Assembly: GCA_035253685.1 (NCBI GenBank)
Contig: DATFBR010000053.1
Location: 1-38,345 of the forward strand
Length of the DNA stretch: 38,345 nucleotides
Direction: 5' to 3'
Source: Jiangellaceae bacterium
GTDB lineage: Bacteria; Actinomycetota; Actinomycetes; Jiangellales; Jiangellaceae
Positions within the stretch are counted from its first letter, which is position 1. Each line of letters begins with the position of its first letter. The translations under genes were made by a program, and so were the position numbers. The notes below the pieces were generated by a model, which did not search any database, was not told where the DNA came from, and was given only the letters and a program-made list of their open reading frames with translations. This document shows positions 1-8,420 of the stretch, one piece after another.

Positions 1-633
1 CACGACGACCATCCGAAGCCGCGTCTCGCCGGGTGAACGGCTCCGCGCCGACGACAGGTCGACGGCCATGGCACTCCGTCGAACGCCGGGCCACCGGCGG
101 TGCATCGCAACGTAAGCGGCCAGCCAAGGCAGGTCGACCACGCCGGCACGGGCGAAGGCGTCCCCAACGACCACGGCCTCGACGAGGCTGCGGGCCCGCA
201 TGAGGTCGAAGCAGGTGCGAAGTGGTGAGGTGACGACGATGCCGTCGACCTGGGTGAGATCGCTCAGGCCGGTGTCGTCGACGTGCAGAACCCGCCGGGA
301 CAGGTCGAGTCCTGCCGGTCGACTGCTCGGTGCCGCTCGGGGCCGGGCGTACTGCAGTGGTACCGGTCGGCCCGGCAACGGCTGCCACACGCCGTGGAGC
401 CAGGCGGCCGTCATGCCGGCGACGACCGAACGGGCGGGCAGGACGAGCAATAGCGCGCCGGCCCGCCTCCGGTCGGTCAGCGGCAGGTCGCGGTGGACGT
501 AGACGTTGCGCAGGACTCGCACCCACGGGGTGGACTGCAACTGGCGCCGGGTGATCAGGCCGCCATCAACGGCAGCGCTGCCGAGAAAGGGCGCGCGAGT
601 CAGCTCGGCGGGCACCATTGCAGGGACGGGCAT
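1..633 (-). CDS. Partial CDS (3' end outside window): conserved actinobacterial protein of the AbiEi-like N-terminal domain / DUF559 (Vsr-like endonuclease fold) type
   Basis: Absent from the ORF track because it runs off the edge. My minus-strand translation from ATG 633 (GGTGGGA about 8 nt upstream; alternative ATG 618) gives MPVPAMVPAELTRAPFLGSAAVDGGLITRRQLQSTPWVRVLRNVYVH...AMAVDLSSARSRSPGETRLRMVVV. It is open for all 211 codons with G/C-rich third positions. The ...SP.ETRLR... segment is typical of the start of DUF559 domains. Confidence 0.5.
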   Translation of the reverse strand, partial: MPVPAMVPAELTRAPFLGSAAVDGGLITRRQLQSTPWVRVLRNVYVHRDLPLTDRRRAGALLLVLPARSVVAGMTAAWLHGVWQPLPGRPVPLQYARPRAAPSSRPAGLDLSRRVLHVDDTGLSDLTQVDGIVVTSPLRTCFDLMRARSLVEAVVVGDAFARAGVVDLPWLAAYVAMHRRWPGVRRSAMAVDLSSARSRSPGETRLRMVVV

Positions 634-725
634 GCGTCCATCCCACCCATTCCTCGCGCGCGTGCCATGGCGGGCGACGCATCCTGTGGATACGACGCGC
701 TCGACGGGGGTCAATGGAGACCGGT

Positions 726-789
726 CGACTTGTGGCGGGTTGGGAACGTGTCAGACGCTTCGGAGGCGTTGACAACCCACCACAAGTCG
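726..789 (-). terminator. Long composite hairpin downstream of the DUF5703 gene (terminator-like or structured RNA)
   Basis: Outer stem CGACTTGTGGCGGGTTG (726-742) pairs with CAACCCACCACAAGTCG (773-789): 17 bp with 1 mismatch. Inner stem GTCA(G)ACGC / GCGTTGAC (750-758 / 766-773) has loop TTCGGAG. No U-tract follows. Confidence 0.35.
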
Positions 790-825
790 GATTGCGGCGA
801 GGGCGAGGCCGAGCCCCGAGGTCGC

Positions 826-1050
826 TCAGGGTTCGGTGCGGGCTACGCGCAGGATGCGTCGACGCAGGGTCACCTTGCGCGTTCCGTCGGGGTACAGCCG
901 CAGCCGGGCGAGCTCCCAGTGGCCGTACTCGGCGTGGTCGGTCAGCAGCCGTTGGGCCGCGCCGCGGGAGGTTCCGCGCGGGAGCAGCAGGTGGTGGAAC
1001 TCGTACTCGGACCTCGGCCGGACCGGGGCGGTGAGGCTCGCCATCGGCAC
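826..1050 (-). CDS. DUF5703 family small protein
   Basis: 74 aa. EYEFHHLLLPRGTSRGAAQRLLTDHAEYGHWELARLRLYPDGTRKVTLRRRI matches the conserved actinobacterial DUF5703 signature. GTG 1050 or ATG 1044 as start. Confidence 0.8.
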   Translation of the reverse strand: MPMASLTAPVRPRSEYEFHHLLLPRGTSRGAAQRLLTDHAEYGHWELARLRLYPDGTRKVTLRRRILRVARTEP

Positions 1051-1058
1051 ATGGTGCC

Positions 1059-1697
1059 ATGCCGCCCGGGTACGGTCGGCCCGTGACCACGTCGCCGCGA
1101 GACCAGGCCAGGCTCAACGACGCCCTCGACAGTCTCACCGACGCCCTGGAGGCGCACCTCACCGCATGCCTGGAGAGCACCGGTGAGGCCGATGCCGCCG
1201 TCCAGCAGGCATACACGGCACTGCGGGATGCCGCATCGAACTACGACGACCTCCTGTTCACGCTGCTCGACGAGGTCACACCGTGGGAGTTCGCCGAGGC
1301 TCCGCCGGTCGCTTCGGAGGACGAGCAGCGGGACGGCCGGCTCGAGACGATCGCGCTGCTGCTCCGCAGGGACTACACGGTCGCCGACGAGGGCGACCTG
1401 CTGGCCGCCGCCCGGCAGGCGTACGCCGAGCTCAATCCCGACGATGCCGGGAGTGCGGCCGTCGAGACCGTCGACCATGCGGGACGAGCTCTCTACCAGC
1501 TGCTGCTCGCGTACGGCGTCGACGGCCTCGACCAGCGGGCGGAAGTTGCCGGGCTGGTCCGACACGGCGGCACGTTGTGGATGCAGGAGATCGGCGCGGA
1601 CGACGTTGCGACGCTGGCGGAGGACCCGTTCGGCGTGGCGGACGAGCAGGTGCTCGTCTACCGGCTCGACGAGGTACAAGCGGACGAGACGGACTGA
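1059..1697 (+). CDS. Conserved acidic hypothetical protein
   Basis: 212-aa ORF with strong GC3 bias and protein-like composition (D/E/A/L rich). No family recognised. Start could also be GTG 1083. Confidence 0.65.
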   Translation: MPPGYGRPVTTSPRDQARLNDALDSLTDALEAHLTACLESTGEADAAVQQAYTALRDAASNYDDLLFTLLDEVTPWEFAEAPPVASEDEQRDGRLETIALLLRRDYTVADEGDLLAAARQAYAELNPDDAGSAAVETVDHAGRALYQLLLAYGVDGLDQRAEVAGLVRHGGTLWMQEIGADDVATLAEDPFGVADEQVLVYRLDEVQADETD

Positions 1698-2672
1698 TCA
1701 CCACAGCCGTTCGGGGTATCCCAACGGGGGGACGGAGATCTCGTCGAGGGCGGAGCGGATCTCGGCGGGGAGCGTGAGGTCCTCCGCGGCGAGCACACCG
1801 CGCAGCTGCGCGGCCGTCCGTGCCCCCACGACCGGCGCCGTGATCCCTGGCTGGTCGCGCACCCAGACCAACGCCACCTCGAGCGGCTGCACGCCCAGGC
1901 CCTCGGCCGCCGTCGACACCGCCTCCACGACCTGCCGTGACCGCGGGTCGAGGTAGACCTCCACGAATCCGGCCAGGTGGGGCGATGCCGCGCGCGAGTC
2001 CGCCGGAGTGCCTGTGCGGTACTTGCCGGTGAGGACGCCACGGCCCAGCGGCGACCAGGCGAGCACCCCGAGGCCGAGCTCGACCGCGGCCGGCAGCACC
2101 TCACGTTCGATCCCGCGCTGGACCAGGGAGTACTCCACCTGGGTGGAGACCAGCGGGGCCCGGCCGGGGACGGCGGCCTGGTGCGCCGTGGACCAGCCGG
2201 TCTGCCAGCCGCCGTAGTTCGACGCGCCCACGTAGCGGGCCCGCCCCGAGGTGACGGCGTAGTCGAGCGCTGCCAGGGTCTCTTCGGGCGGGACGTCGTC
2301 GGACCAGGTCTGCACCTGCCAGAGGTCGACGTAGTCGGTGTCGAGGCGGTCCAGCGAGGCATCGAGCTGGTCGAGCAGTCCTCGCCGGGAGACGTCGGTC
2401 ATCCGGCGGCCACTCGCTCGGGACAGGCCCGCCTTCGTCGCGACCACGATCTCGGATCGGCGCACGACGGCCTCCAGCAGCTCACCGAGGACACGTTCGC
2501 TCTGTCCGTCGCCGTACGAGGCCGCGGTGTCGACCAGGGTGCCGCCGGTCTCGACGAACGCCTCGAGCTGGTCGCGGGCTTCATGGACGTCGGTGTCTCG
2601 GCCCCACGTCATCGTTCCGAGTGCGAGCCGGGACACCTTCAGCCCGCTGCGGCCGAGCCGTCGCTGTTCCAC
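1698..2672 (-). CDS. Aldo/keto reductase
   Basis: 324 aa. The N-terminus MEQRRLGRSGLKVSRLALGTMTWG...LVDTAASYGDGQSERVLG is a classic AKR signature. GTG start. Confidence 0.92.
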   Translation of the reverse strand: MEQRRLGRSGLKVSRLALGTMTWGRDTDVHEARDQLEAFVETGGTLVDTAASYGDGQSERVLGELLEAVVRRSEIVVATKAGLSRASGRRMTDVSRRGLLDQLDASLDRLDTDYVDLWQVQTWSDDVPPEETLAALDYAVTSGRARYVGASNYGGWQTGWSTAHQAAVPGRAPLVSTQVEYSLVQRGIEREVLPAAVELGLGVLAWSPLGRGVLTGKYRTGTPADSRAASPHLAGFVEVYLDPRSRQVVEAVSTAAEGLGVQPLEVALVWVRDQPGITAPVVGARTAAQLRGVLAAEDLTLPAEIRSALDEISVPPLGYPERLW

Positions 2673-2822
2673 GGCCGGAGAGTATCCAGGTGGTCACGCC
2701 GCCGGGCGACGACCGGCCGAGCGGGCCGTGAGCAGTGGAACCGACGGCGCCGATAGAGTCGCGCGGCGGACCGATCGGGTCCGGTGTGACAGGGGTACAA
2801 GGCTCCCGCGGGGGAGGGATCG

Positions 2823-3881
2823 ATGCGGCTCGGGCTCAATCTCGGCTACTGGGGCTCCGGGGCGGACCGTGACAACCTCGCCCTGGCCAGGGAGGCCGAC
2901 CGGCTGGGCTACTCGGTCGTGTGGGCGGCCGAGGCGTACGGGTCCGACGCGCCCACCGTGCTGTCCTGGATCGCCGCACAGACCGAGCGGATCGACGTCG
3001 GCAGTGCCGTCATGCAGATCCCGGCCCGGACGCCCGCCTGCACCGCCATGACCGCGGCCACCCTGGACGGGTTGTCCGGCGGCCGGTTCCGCCTCGGCCT
3101 GGGCGTGTCGGGTCCGCAGGTGTCCGAGGGCTGGCACGGCGTGCGCTTCGACAAGCCGCTCGGCCGCACCCGCGAGTACGTGGAGATCGTCCGCGCCGCA
3201 CTGAGCCGAGGGCGGCTGGCCTACGAGGGTGAGCACTGGACGCTGCCGCTGCCCGACGGTGCGGGTAAGGCGCTGCGGCTGACGGTCCACCCCGTACGCG
3301 AGCGCATCCCCGTCTACCTGGCTGCGGTCGGACCGCGGAATGTCGAGCTGGCAGGGGCGATCGCCGACGGTTGGCTGGCCGTCTTCTTCGCCCCCGACCT
3401 GGCAGCCGACGCGCTCGACCGTGTCCGCCGTGGGCGGGTGGCTACCGGCCGCACGATGGACGGCTTCGACGTCGTCCCGACGGTTCCACTCGTGATCGGC
3501 GACGACCTCGAGGCGTGCGCCGCGCCGGTGCGCGCGTACTCCGCCCTCTACCTGGGCGGCATGGGCAGCCGCCGGGAGAACTTCTACAACCGCCTGGCGG
3601 TGCGGATGGGCTACTCGGAGGCGGCGGCGCGGGTGCAGGACCTCTTCCTCGACCGCAGGCACCGCGAGGCGGCCGCGGCGGTGCCGTTCGAGTTCGTCGA
3701 CCGGACCGCTCTGATCGGACCGGCCGAGCGGATCCGTGACCGCCTGCACGCCTACGCCGATGCCGGTGTCACGACCCTGACCGTCGCCGTTCACGCCGGC
3801 AGCGTCGATGAGCGCATCTCGTCCCTTCGGACGCTGGTCGACGCGGTGGAGTCGGCGGGCCTGGCCGGAGGCTCCGCGTGA
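2823..3881 (+). CDS. LLM-class (luciferase-like) F420-dependent oxidoreductase
   Basis: 352 aa. MRLGLNLGYWGSG...EADRLGYSVVWAAEAYGSDA...FRLGLGVSGPQV is typical of the LLM family. GGGAGGG RBS lies before ATG 2823. Confidence 0.88.
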   Translation: MRLGLNLGYWGSGADRDNLALAREADRLGYSVVWAAEAYGSDAPTVLSWIAAQTERIDVGSAVMQIPARTPACTAMTAATLDGLSGGRFRLGLGVSGPQVSEGWHGVRFDKPLGRTREYVEIVRAALSRGRLAYEGEHWTLPLPDGAGKALRLTVHPVRERIPVYLAAVGPRNVELAGAIADGWLAVFFAPDLAADALDRVRRGRVATGRTMDGFDVVPTVPLVIGDDLEACAAPVRAYSALYLGGMGSRRENFYNRLAVRMGYSEAAARVQDLFLDRRHREAAAAVPFEFVDRTALIGPAERIRDRLHAYADAGVTTLTVAVHAGSVDERISSLRTLVDAVESAGLAGGSA

Positions 3882-4717
3882 CCGAATGGGTCCAGGCCCT
3901 CGCCCTCGGGGTGCTCCAGGGTCTGACGGAGTTTCTGCCGATCTCGTCCAGCGCCCACCTGCGGATCGGTCCGGAGCTGCTGGGGTGGGACGATCCCGGC
4001 GCGGCGTTCACCGCCGTGGTCCAGATCGGCACCGAGACCGCTGTCATCCTCTACTTCGCCCGGGACATCTGGCGCATCGTGACGGCGTGGGCCCGGTCAC
4101 TGCTGGCCCGTCGCGCGGACCGGGCCCGTGATTGGGATCCCGACGACGCCCGGATGGGGTGGTACGTCATCGCGGGGTCGCTGCCGATCGTCGTCGTGGG
4201 TATCGCCTTCAAGGACGTCATCGAGGGGGACTTCCGCTCGTTGTGGGTCATCGGGACGACGCTGGTCGTGCTGGGAGTGATCCTCGGTGTCGCGGACCGC
4301 GTCGGCGCGACGAACCGTCCGCTCGCGTCGCTGACCCTGCCGCACGCCGTGGCCTTCGGGGCGGCTCAGGCCCTGGCGGTCATCCCCGGCGTCTCCCGTT
4401 CGGGGGCGACGATCAGCATGGGTCTGTTCCTCGGCTACGAACGCGCGGCGTGCGCCCGGTTCGCGTTCCTGCTCGCGATCCCGGCGGTGTTGGGGGCGGG
4501 CCTGTTCGAGTGGCCGACGGCGTTGACCGAGGGCAGCGAGTACGGCCTCGGCCCGCTGCTGCTGGCGACCGGTGCGGCCTTCGCCGTCGGCTACGCGGTG
4601 ATCGCGTGGCTGTTCCGGTGGCTGGAGCACGGCTCCTACGCGCCGTTCGTGGTGTACCGGATCGTCCTCGGCGCGCTGGTGCTCGGATTGGCGGCCGGAG
4701 GCGTGATCGACGCCTGA
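3878..4717 (+). CDS. uppP: Undecaprenyl-diphosphate phosphatase
   Basis: 279 aa and multi-TM. LQGLTEFLPISSSAHL and PGVSRSGATI are the BacA/UppP motifs. GTGA overlap with the upstream stop. Confidence 0.95.
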   Translation: MTEWVQALALGVLQGLTEFLPISSSAHLRIGPELLGWDDPGAAFTAVVQIGTETAVILYFARDIWRIVTAWARSLLARRADRARDWDPDDARMGWYVIAGSLPIVVVGIAFKDVIEGDFRSLWVIGTTLVVLGVILGVADRVGATNRPLASLTLPHAVAFGAAQALAVIPGVSRSGATISMGLFLGYERAACARFAFLLAIPAVLGAGLFEWPTALTEGSEYGLGPLLLATGAAFAVGYAVIAWLFRWLEHGSYAPFVVYRIVLGALVLGLAAGGVIDA

Positions 4718-4731
4718 CCACGCCGTCGGTG

Positions 4732-6213
4732 TCAGCCGAGCGCGGCCGCGGGCAGCGGAGCCGTCGCGATCAACGGCCACGGGTCGATCGGCACGCCGTC
4801 CCGGCGGACCTCGAAATGCAGGTGCGGGCCGGTCGAGTACCCCGTGGAGCCGATGACCCCGATCCGGACGCCGCGGCCGACCTGGTCGCCCGGGCGTACG
4901 TACATCGCCGCCTGGTGGCCGTACAGCGTTGTGACGCCGCTGCCGTGGTCGATCACCGTCATGTACCCGTAGGCGCGGTTCCACTCCGCCTTGATGACCG
5001 TGCCGGCGTCGGCCGCGTACACGTATCCGTCGCCAGGGCCGATGTCGGTGCCGGTGTGGAGCTTGACCACCCCGGTGATCGGATGTCGCCGGATGCCGAA
5101 CTCCGACGTGACCTCGCCGGTACCGGGTCGGACGAAGCTTCCGGTGCCGACTGCGGCGCCGGACGACTGGGCGAGCAGAGCAGAGAGGTCGACGATCACC
5201 GGGCCCAGCGCCTCGGATTCGGCGAGGAACTCCTTGTAGCGCTCGTAGTCGCGCAATCGGGCCGCCTCGGCGTCGCGCAGCGCTTCCAGTCGCACGGCGG
5301 CTGCCAGGTCGAGGTCGCGTTCCGCGGCCAGGGCCGCGGTGACCGCGGCCTCTTTCGCTGTCAGCGCCGTCGCGGCGACCTCGGCGAGTTCCTCCTTCTC
5401 CTCCCGGATCACGCCGAGCCGTTGCCTGGCGTCGAGCAGTTCGGCCTGCTCGACGGCGAGCCGGCCCAGCGCGGAGTCGCCGGCACGCAGGACGGTTCGC
5501 ACGCCGACGTAGCTGTCCGCATACTCGGCCGGTGTTTCGGCCTTGAGCACCACGGAGAGGGTCGCCATCGTGCCGCCCTGATAGGCGTCGCGGGCAACGG
5601 CGCCGAGATCCTGCCGGGCCGCGGCGATCCGCTGCACGATCTCGGAGAGCTCGCGGTGGGCACGGCTCTCCCGCTCGGTGGCCACGTCGGCGGCGCGGCG
5701 TGCCTCGTCGAGCGCCGTCTGGGCCGCCTCCGCCTGGGCCTGGGCGTCGGCAACGGCAGCCTGCGCCGTGCCGAGCTCCGCCAACGCCTGTTGGAGCAGT
5801 GCCTCGGCCACCGCCACCGCGATCGAGTGCGCCGACATGACGTCGTGGGCGTGGTCGCCGAGGGCGTTGGCGAACAGCCGGTCGTAGTAGTCCGGATCGA
5901 CCGAGGGCGGCACTGCCGACGGCGGCAGGATCGCCGGGGGCACGACCGTCCGGGCGGTGGACGACACCGGTGGGGGCGCCGGTTCCTCCGGTGGCGGGGG
6001 CGTTGGTGTAGGGGTGGGAGTGGGCGTCGACGTCGTCGGCTCGGGAGAGGGCTCGGAGGACGGCTCGGGCGACGGCTCGGGCGACGGCTCGGGAGTCGAC
6101 GTGGCGGACGGAGCGGGCTCGGTCTGGGCTGACGCGGGCAGGGCCGTCCAGATCAGGGCACCCCCCACCGTCGCGACCACAGCAGCGGCCGCCCGCCTAC
6201 CGAGGATTCGCAT
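4732..6213 (-). CDS. Secreted M23 family metallopeptidase with coiled-coil region and Pro/Glu/Ser/Thr-rich linker
   Basis: C-terminal HTGTDIGPG...VIDHG...TLYGH...GSTGYSTGPHLHFEV is the M23/LytM motif set. I moved the start to ATG 6213 (MRILGRRAAAAVVATVGGALIWTALPASAQ signal peptide), which has a GGGAGGA RBS 4 nt upstream, instead of the ORF-track start at 6327. Confidence 0.9.
   Translation of the reverse strand: MRILGRRAAAAVVATVGGALIWTALPASAQTEPAPSATSTPEPSPEPSPEPSSEPSPEPTTSTPTPTPTPTPPPPEEPAPPPVSSTARTVVPPAILPPSAVPPSVDPDYYDRLFANALGDHAHDVMSAHSIAVAVAEALLQQALAELGTAQAAVADAQAQAEAAQTALDEARRAADVATERESRAHRELSEIVQRIAAARQDLGAVARDAYQGGTMATLSVVLKAETPAEYADSYVGVRTVLRAGDSALGRLAVEQAELLDARQRLGVIREEKEELAEVAATALTAKEAAVTAALAAERDLDLAAAVRLEALRDAEAARLRDYERYKEFLAESEALGPVIVDLSALLAQSSGAAVGTGSFVRPGTGEVTSEFGIRRHPITGVVKLHTGTDIGPGDGYVYAADAGTVIKAEWNRAYGYMTVIDHGSGVTTLYGHQAAMYVRPGDQVGRGVRIGVIGSTGYSTGPHLHFEVRRDGVPIDPWPLIATAPLPAAALG
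6038..6097 (-). repeat. Five tandem 12-nt units (GGCTCGGGNGAN) encoding the (S/E)PEPSP linker of the M23 peptidase
   Basis: Units lie at 6038-6049, 6050-6061, 6062-6073, 6074-6085 and 6086-6097. Units 3 and 4 are identical (GGCTCGGGCGAC). They translate on the minus strand to PEPSPEPSPEPSSEPSPEP. Confidence 0.85.
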
Positions 6214-6319
6214 CGTCCTCCCTGGTCTCCCTGCAGCGGGCCACTCGAGCCACGTGCCTAGCCCATCATGCCCCTTCACCGGCTGATCACACGGCGAGTT
6301 TGCTCCGTAGGCTCGCGAT

Positions 6320-7018
6320 GTGCCCACCGTGCTGCTCGTGCGTCACGGCCGGACGGATGCGAACTCCGCCGCCGTTCTGGCCGGCCGGATGCCGGGTGTC
6401 GGCCTCGACCGGGTCGGTCGTGCGCAGGCGCGGTCGTTGGCCGACCGGCTGGCGGCAGTGCGGCTGGCGGCCGTTGTCTCGAGCCCGCTGGAACGCTGCC
6501 TCGACACGGCGAAGGCGCTGACCGCCCAACGGGGCAGGCCCGGGATGGAGGTCGACGACCGCCTCACCGAGTGCGACTACGGCGACTGGACCGGCCGGCC
6601 GCTCGCCGTGCTGGCCCGAAGGAAGCTCTGGAAAATCGTCCAGGCCCATCCGTCGGCCGCCACCTTCCCGGGCGGTGAGTCGCTGCGTTCGATCCAGGCT
6701 CGGGCGGTGGAGGCGGTGCGCTCGCACGACGCCCGGATCGCCGCCGAAGGCGGTCCGAACGCGGTGTGGGCCGCGGTGTCGCACGGCGACGTGATCAAGG
6801 CGGTGGTTGCCGACGCGCTCGGCCTGCACCTCGACCTCTTCCAGCGCCTCGTGGTCGACCCGGGGTCGGTCACGATCGTCCGGTACGCCGACCTGCGGCC
6901 GTTCGTGATCCGCCTCAACGACACCGGAGGGGACCTGTCCGGCCTGCACCGACGGGCTGGGAAGAGGGGCAGGCCGTCGAGCGACGCCATGGTGGGCGGC
7001 ACCGCGGGAACGACGTAG
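6320..7018 (+). CDS. Histidine phosphatase superfamily protein, MSMEG_4193-type putative phosphomutase
   Basis: 232 aa. The N-terminal LLVRHGRTDAN (RHG catalytic motif) and SSPLERC are present. It sits immediately upstream of the DUF3090 and SCO1664-family genes. GTG start. Confidence 0.88.
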   Translation: MPTVLLVRHGRTDANSAAVLAGRMPGVGLDRVGRAQARSLADRLAAVRLAAVVSSPLERCLDTAKALTAQRGRPGMEVDDRLTECDYGDWTGRPLAVLARRKLWKIVQAHPSAATFPGGESLRSIQARAVEAVRSHDARIAAEGGPNAVWAAVSHGDVIKAVVADALGLHLDLFQRLVVDPGSVTIVRYADLRPFVIRLNDTGGDLSGLHRRAGKRGRPSSDAMVGGTAGTT

Positions 7019-7028
7019 GGTCGGAAGG

Positions 7029-7601
7029 GTGCCCCGCCAGGTCTTCGCCTTCGACCCGCCGGAACGCTTCGTGGCCGGCACAGTGGGCGAGCCGGGTCAG
7101 CGCACGTTCTTCCTCCAGGCTCGCGACGCCGCCCGGGTGGCCAGCGTCGTGGTCGAGAAGGAGCAGGTCTCATTGCTCGCGGAGCGCCTCGACGCGCTGC
7201 TCGACGAAGTCATCCGGCGCTCGGCCGGGTCGGCGCCGGTCCCCGTCGTGGCGCCGGCCGACATGGAGGATCTCGAGCCGCTCGACCAGCCCATCGTCGA
7301 GGAGTTCCGGGTCGGCACGCTCACTCTCGCCTGGGACGGTGCGGACGACCGCGTGGTGATCGAAGCCTTCGCCGTCCGTGACGCGGAGGAGGGTGATGAG
7401 CCCGACCCGGTGGCTGCGGACGCACCGGACGATCGTGACCTGCTCGTCGTTCGCATCTCCGGCGCATCCGCTCGGGCATTCGTCCAGCGTGCGCAGGCGC
7501 TGGTCGCGGCCGGTCGGCCACCGTGTCCGCTGTGTGCGTTGCCGCTCGATCCCGAGGGTCACATCTGCCCCCGGCAGAACGGTTATCGGCGCCGGGGCTA
7601 G
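7029..7601 (+). CDS. DUF3090 family protein
   Basis: 190 aa. FDPPERFVAGTVGEPGQRTFFLQA at the N-terminus and CPLCALPLDPEGHICPRQNGYRR at the C-terminus are the DUF3090 hallmarks. Confidence 0.88.
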   Translation: MPRQVFAFDPPERFVAGTVGEPGQRTFFLQARDAARVASVVVEKEQVSLLAERLDALLDEVIRRSAGSAPVPVVAPADMEDLEPLDQPIVEEFRVGTLTLAWDGADDRVVIEAFAVRDAEEGDEPDPVAADAPDDRDLLVVRISGASARAFVQRAQALVAAGRPPCPLCALPLDPEGHICPRQNGYRRRG

Positions 7602-7604
7602 GCC

Positions 7605-8393
7605 GTGGTCAACCCAGTGCCCGCCGCTCTCGGTGACGGCGACCTGACCGTGCAGAGCAGGCTGGTCTCGGCCTCGAACGCCACCCTGCTGTGCCAAGTG
7701 AACAGCTCCGACGGTGCCGGTGTGCTGCGCTGCATCTACAAGCCGGTGGCGGGGGAACGACCGCTGTGGGACTTCACCGATGGCACCCTGGCCGCCCGCG
7801 AGGTTGCGGCATATCTCGTATCGGAGGCCGCCGGCTGGCAGGTGGTACCCCCGACGATCCTGCGCGAGGGGCCGTTCGGACCCGGCATGTGCCAGCTGTG
7901 GATCGAGCGAGACGGCACCGAACTGGTCGACGTCGTCGCCCGGGACGCGGTACCGGACGGATGGGTTCGCGTGTTCGACGCCGTGAACGAGGTCGGCGAC
8001 CCCGTGTCGCTGGTGCACGCCGACGATCTGCGGCTGCGGACGATGGCGCTGTTCGACCTCGTGGTCAACAACGCCGACCGTAAGGGCGGACACGTCCTGG
8101 TGGCGACCGATGCGAAGGTGTGGGGGGTCGACCACGGGGTCAGCTTCCACGTCGACCCGAAGCTGCGAACCGTGCTGTGGGGATGGTCGGGCCAGCCGTT
8201 CACGGCTGCCGAGCAGGACGTCCTGCGGCGGCTGCGGCGACATCTGCAGGCCGGCCTGGGTGAGGGCTTGTCGGTGCTACTGAGCTCGGACGAGGTCGCG
8301 GCGACCGCCGCCCGAGTGGATGGTCTGCTCGCATCGGGCCGGTTTCCCATACCGGCGGGCGGTCGGGTCCCGATCCCGTGGCCGCCGTTCTGA
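7605..8393 (+). CDS. SCO1664 family protein (PI3/PI4-kinase-like fold)
   Basis: 262 aa. SNATLLC...IYKPVAGERPLWDF...REVAAYLVS...NNADRKGGHVL...VDHGVSF is a kinase-like catalytic-loop pattern. Placement is conserved after DUF3090. Confidence 0.88.
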   Translation: MVNPVPAALGDGDLTVQSRLVSASNATLLCQVNSSDGAGVLRCIYKPVAGERPLWDFTDGTLAAREVAAYLVSEAAGWQVVPPTILREGPFGPGMCQLWIERDGTELVDVVARDAVPDGWVRVFDAVNEVGDPVSLVHADDLRLRTMALFDLVVNNADRKGGHVLVATDAKVWGVDHGVSFHVDPKLRTVLWGWSGQPFTAAEQDVLRRLRRHLQAGLGEGLSVLLSSDEVAATAARVDGLLASGRFPIPAGGRVPIPWPPF

Positions 8394-8420
8394 ACGGCAC
8401 CGGCGGCTAGGCTCGTCGGC

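Noticed and set aside
4132-6132. 666-aa plus-strand ORF overlapping uppP and the M23 peptidase
   Set aside because: It is an alternative frame of uppP and antisense to the M23 gene. It is Arg/Gly-rich low-complexity with no recognisable motif, a high-GC artefact.
6214-6319. Possible cyclic-di-AMP (ydaO-type) riboswitch upstream of the M23 cell-wall hydrolase
   Set aside because: The spacer is about 106 nt and is shared with a divergent gene. I could not find the conserved ydaO helices or ACGGGGA-type cores.
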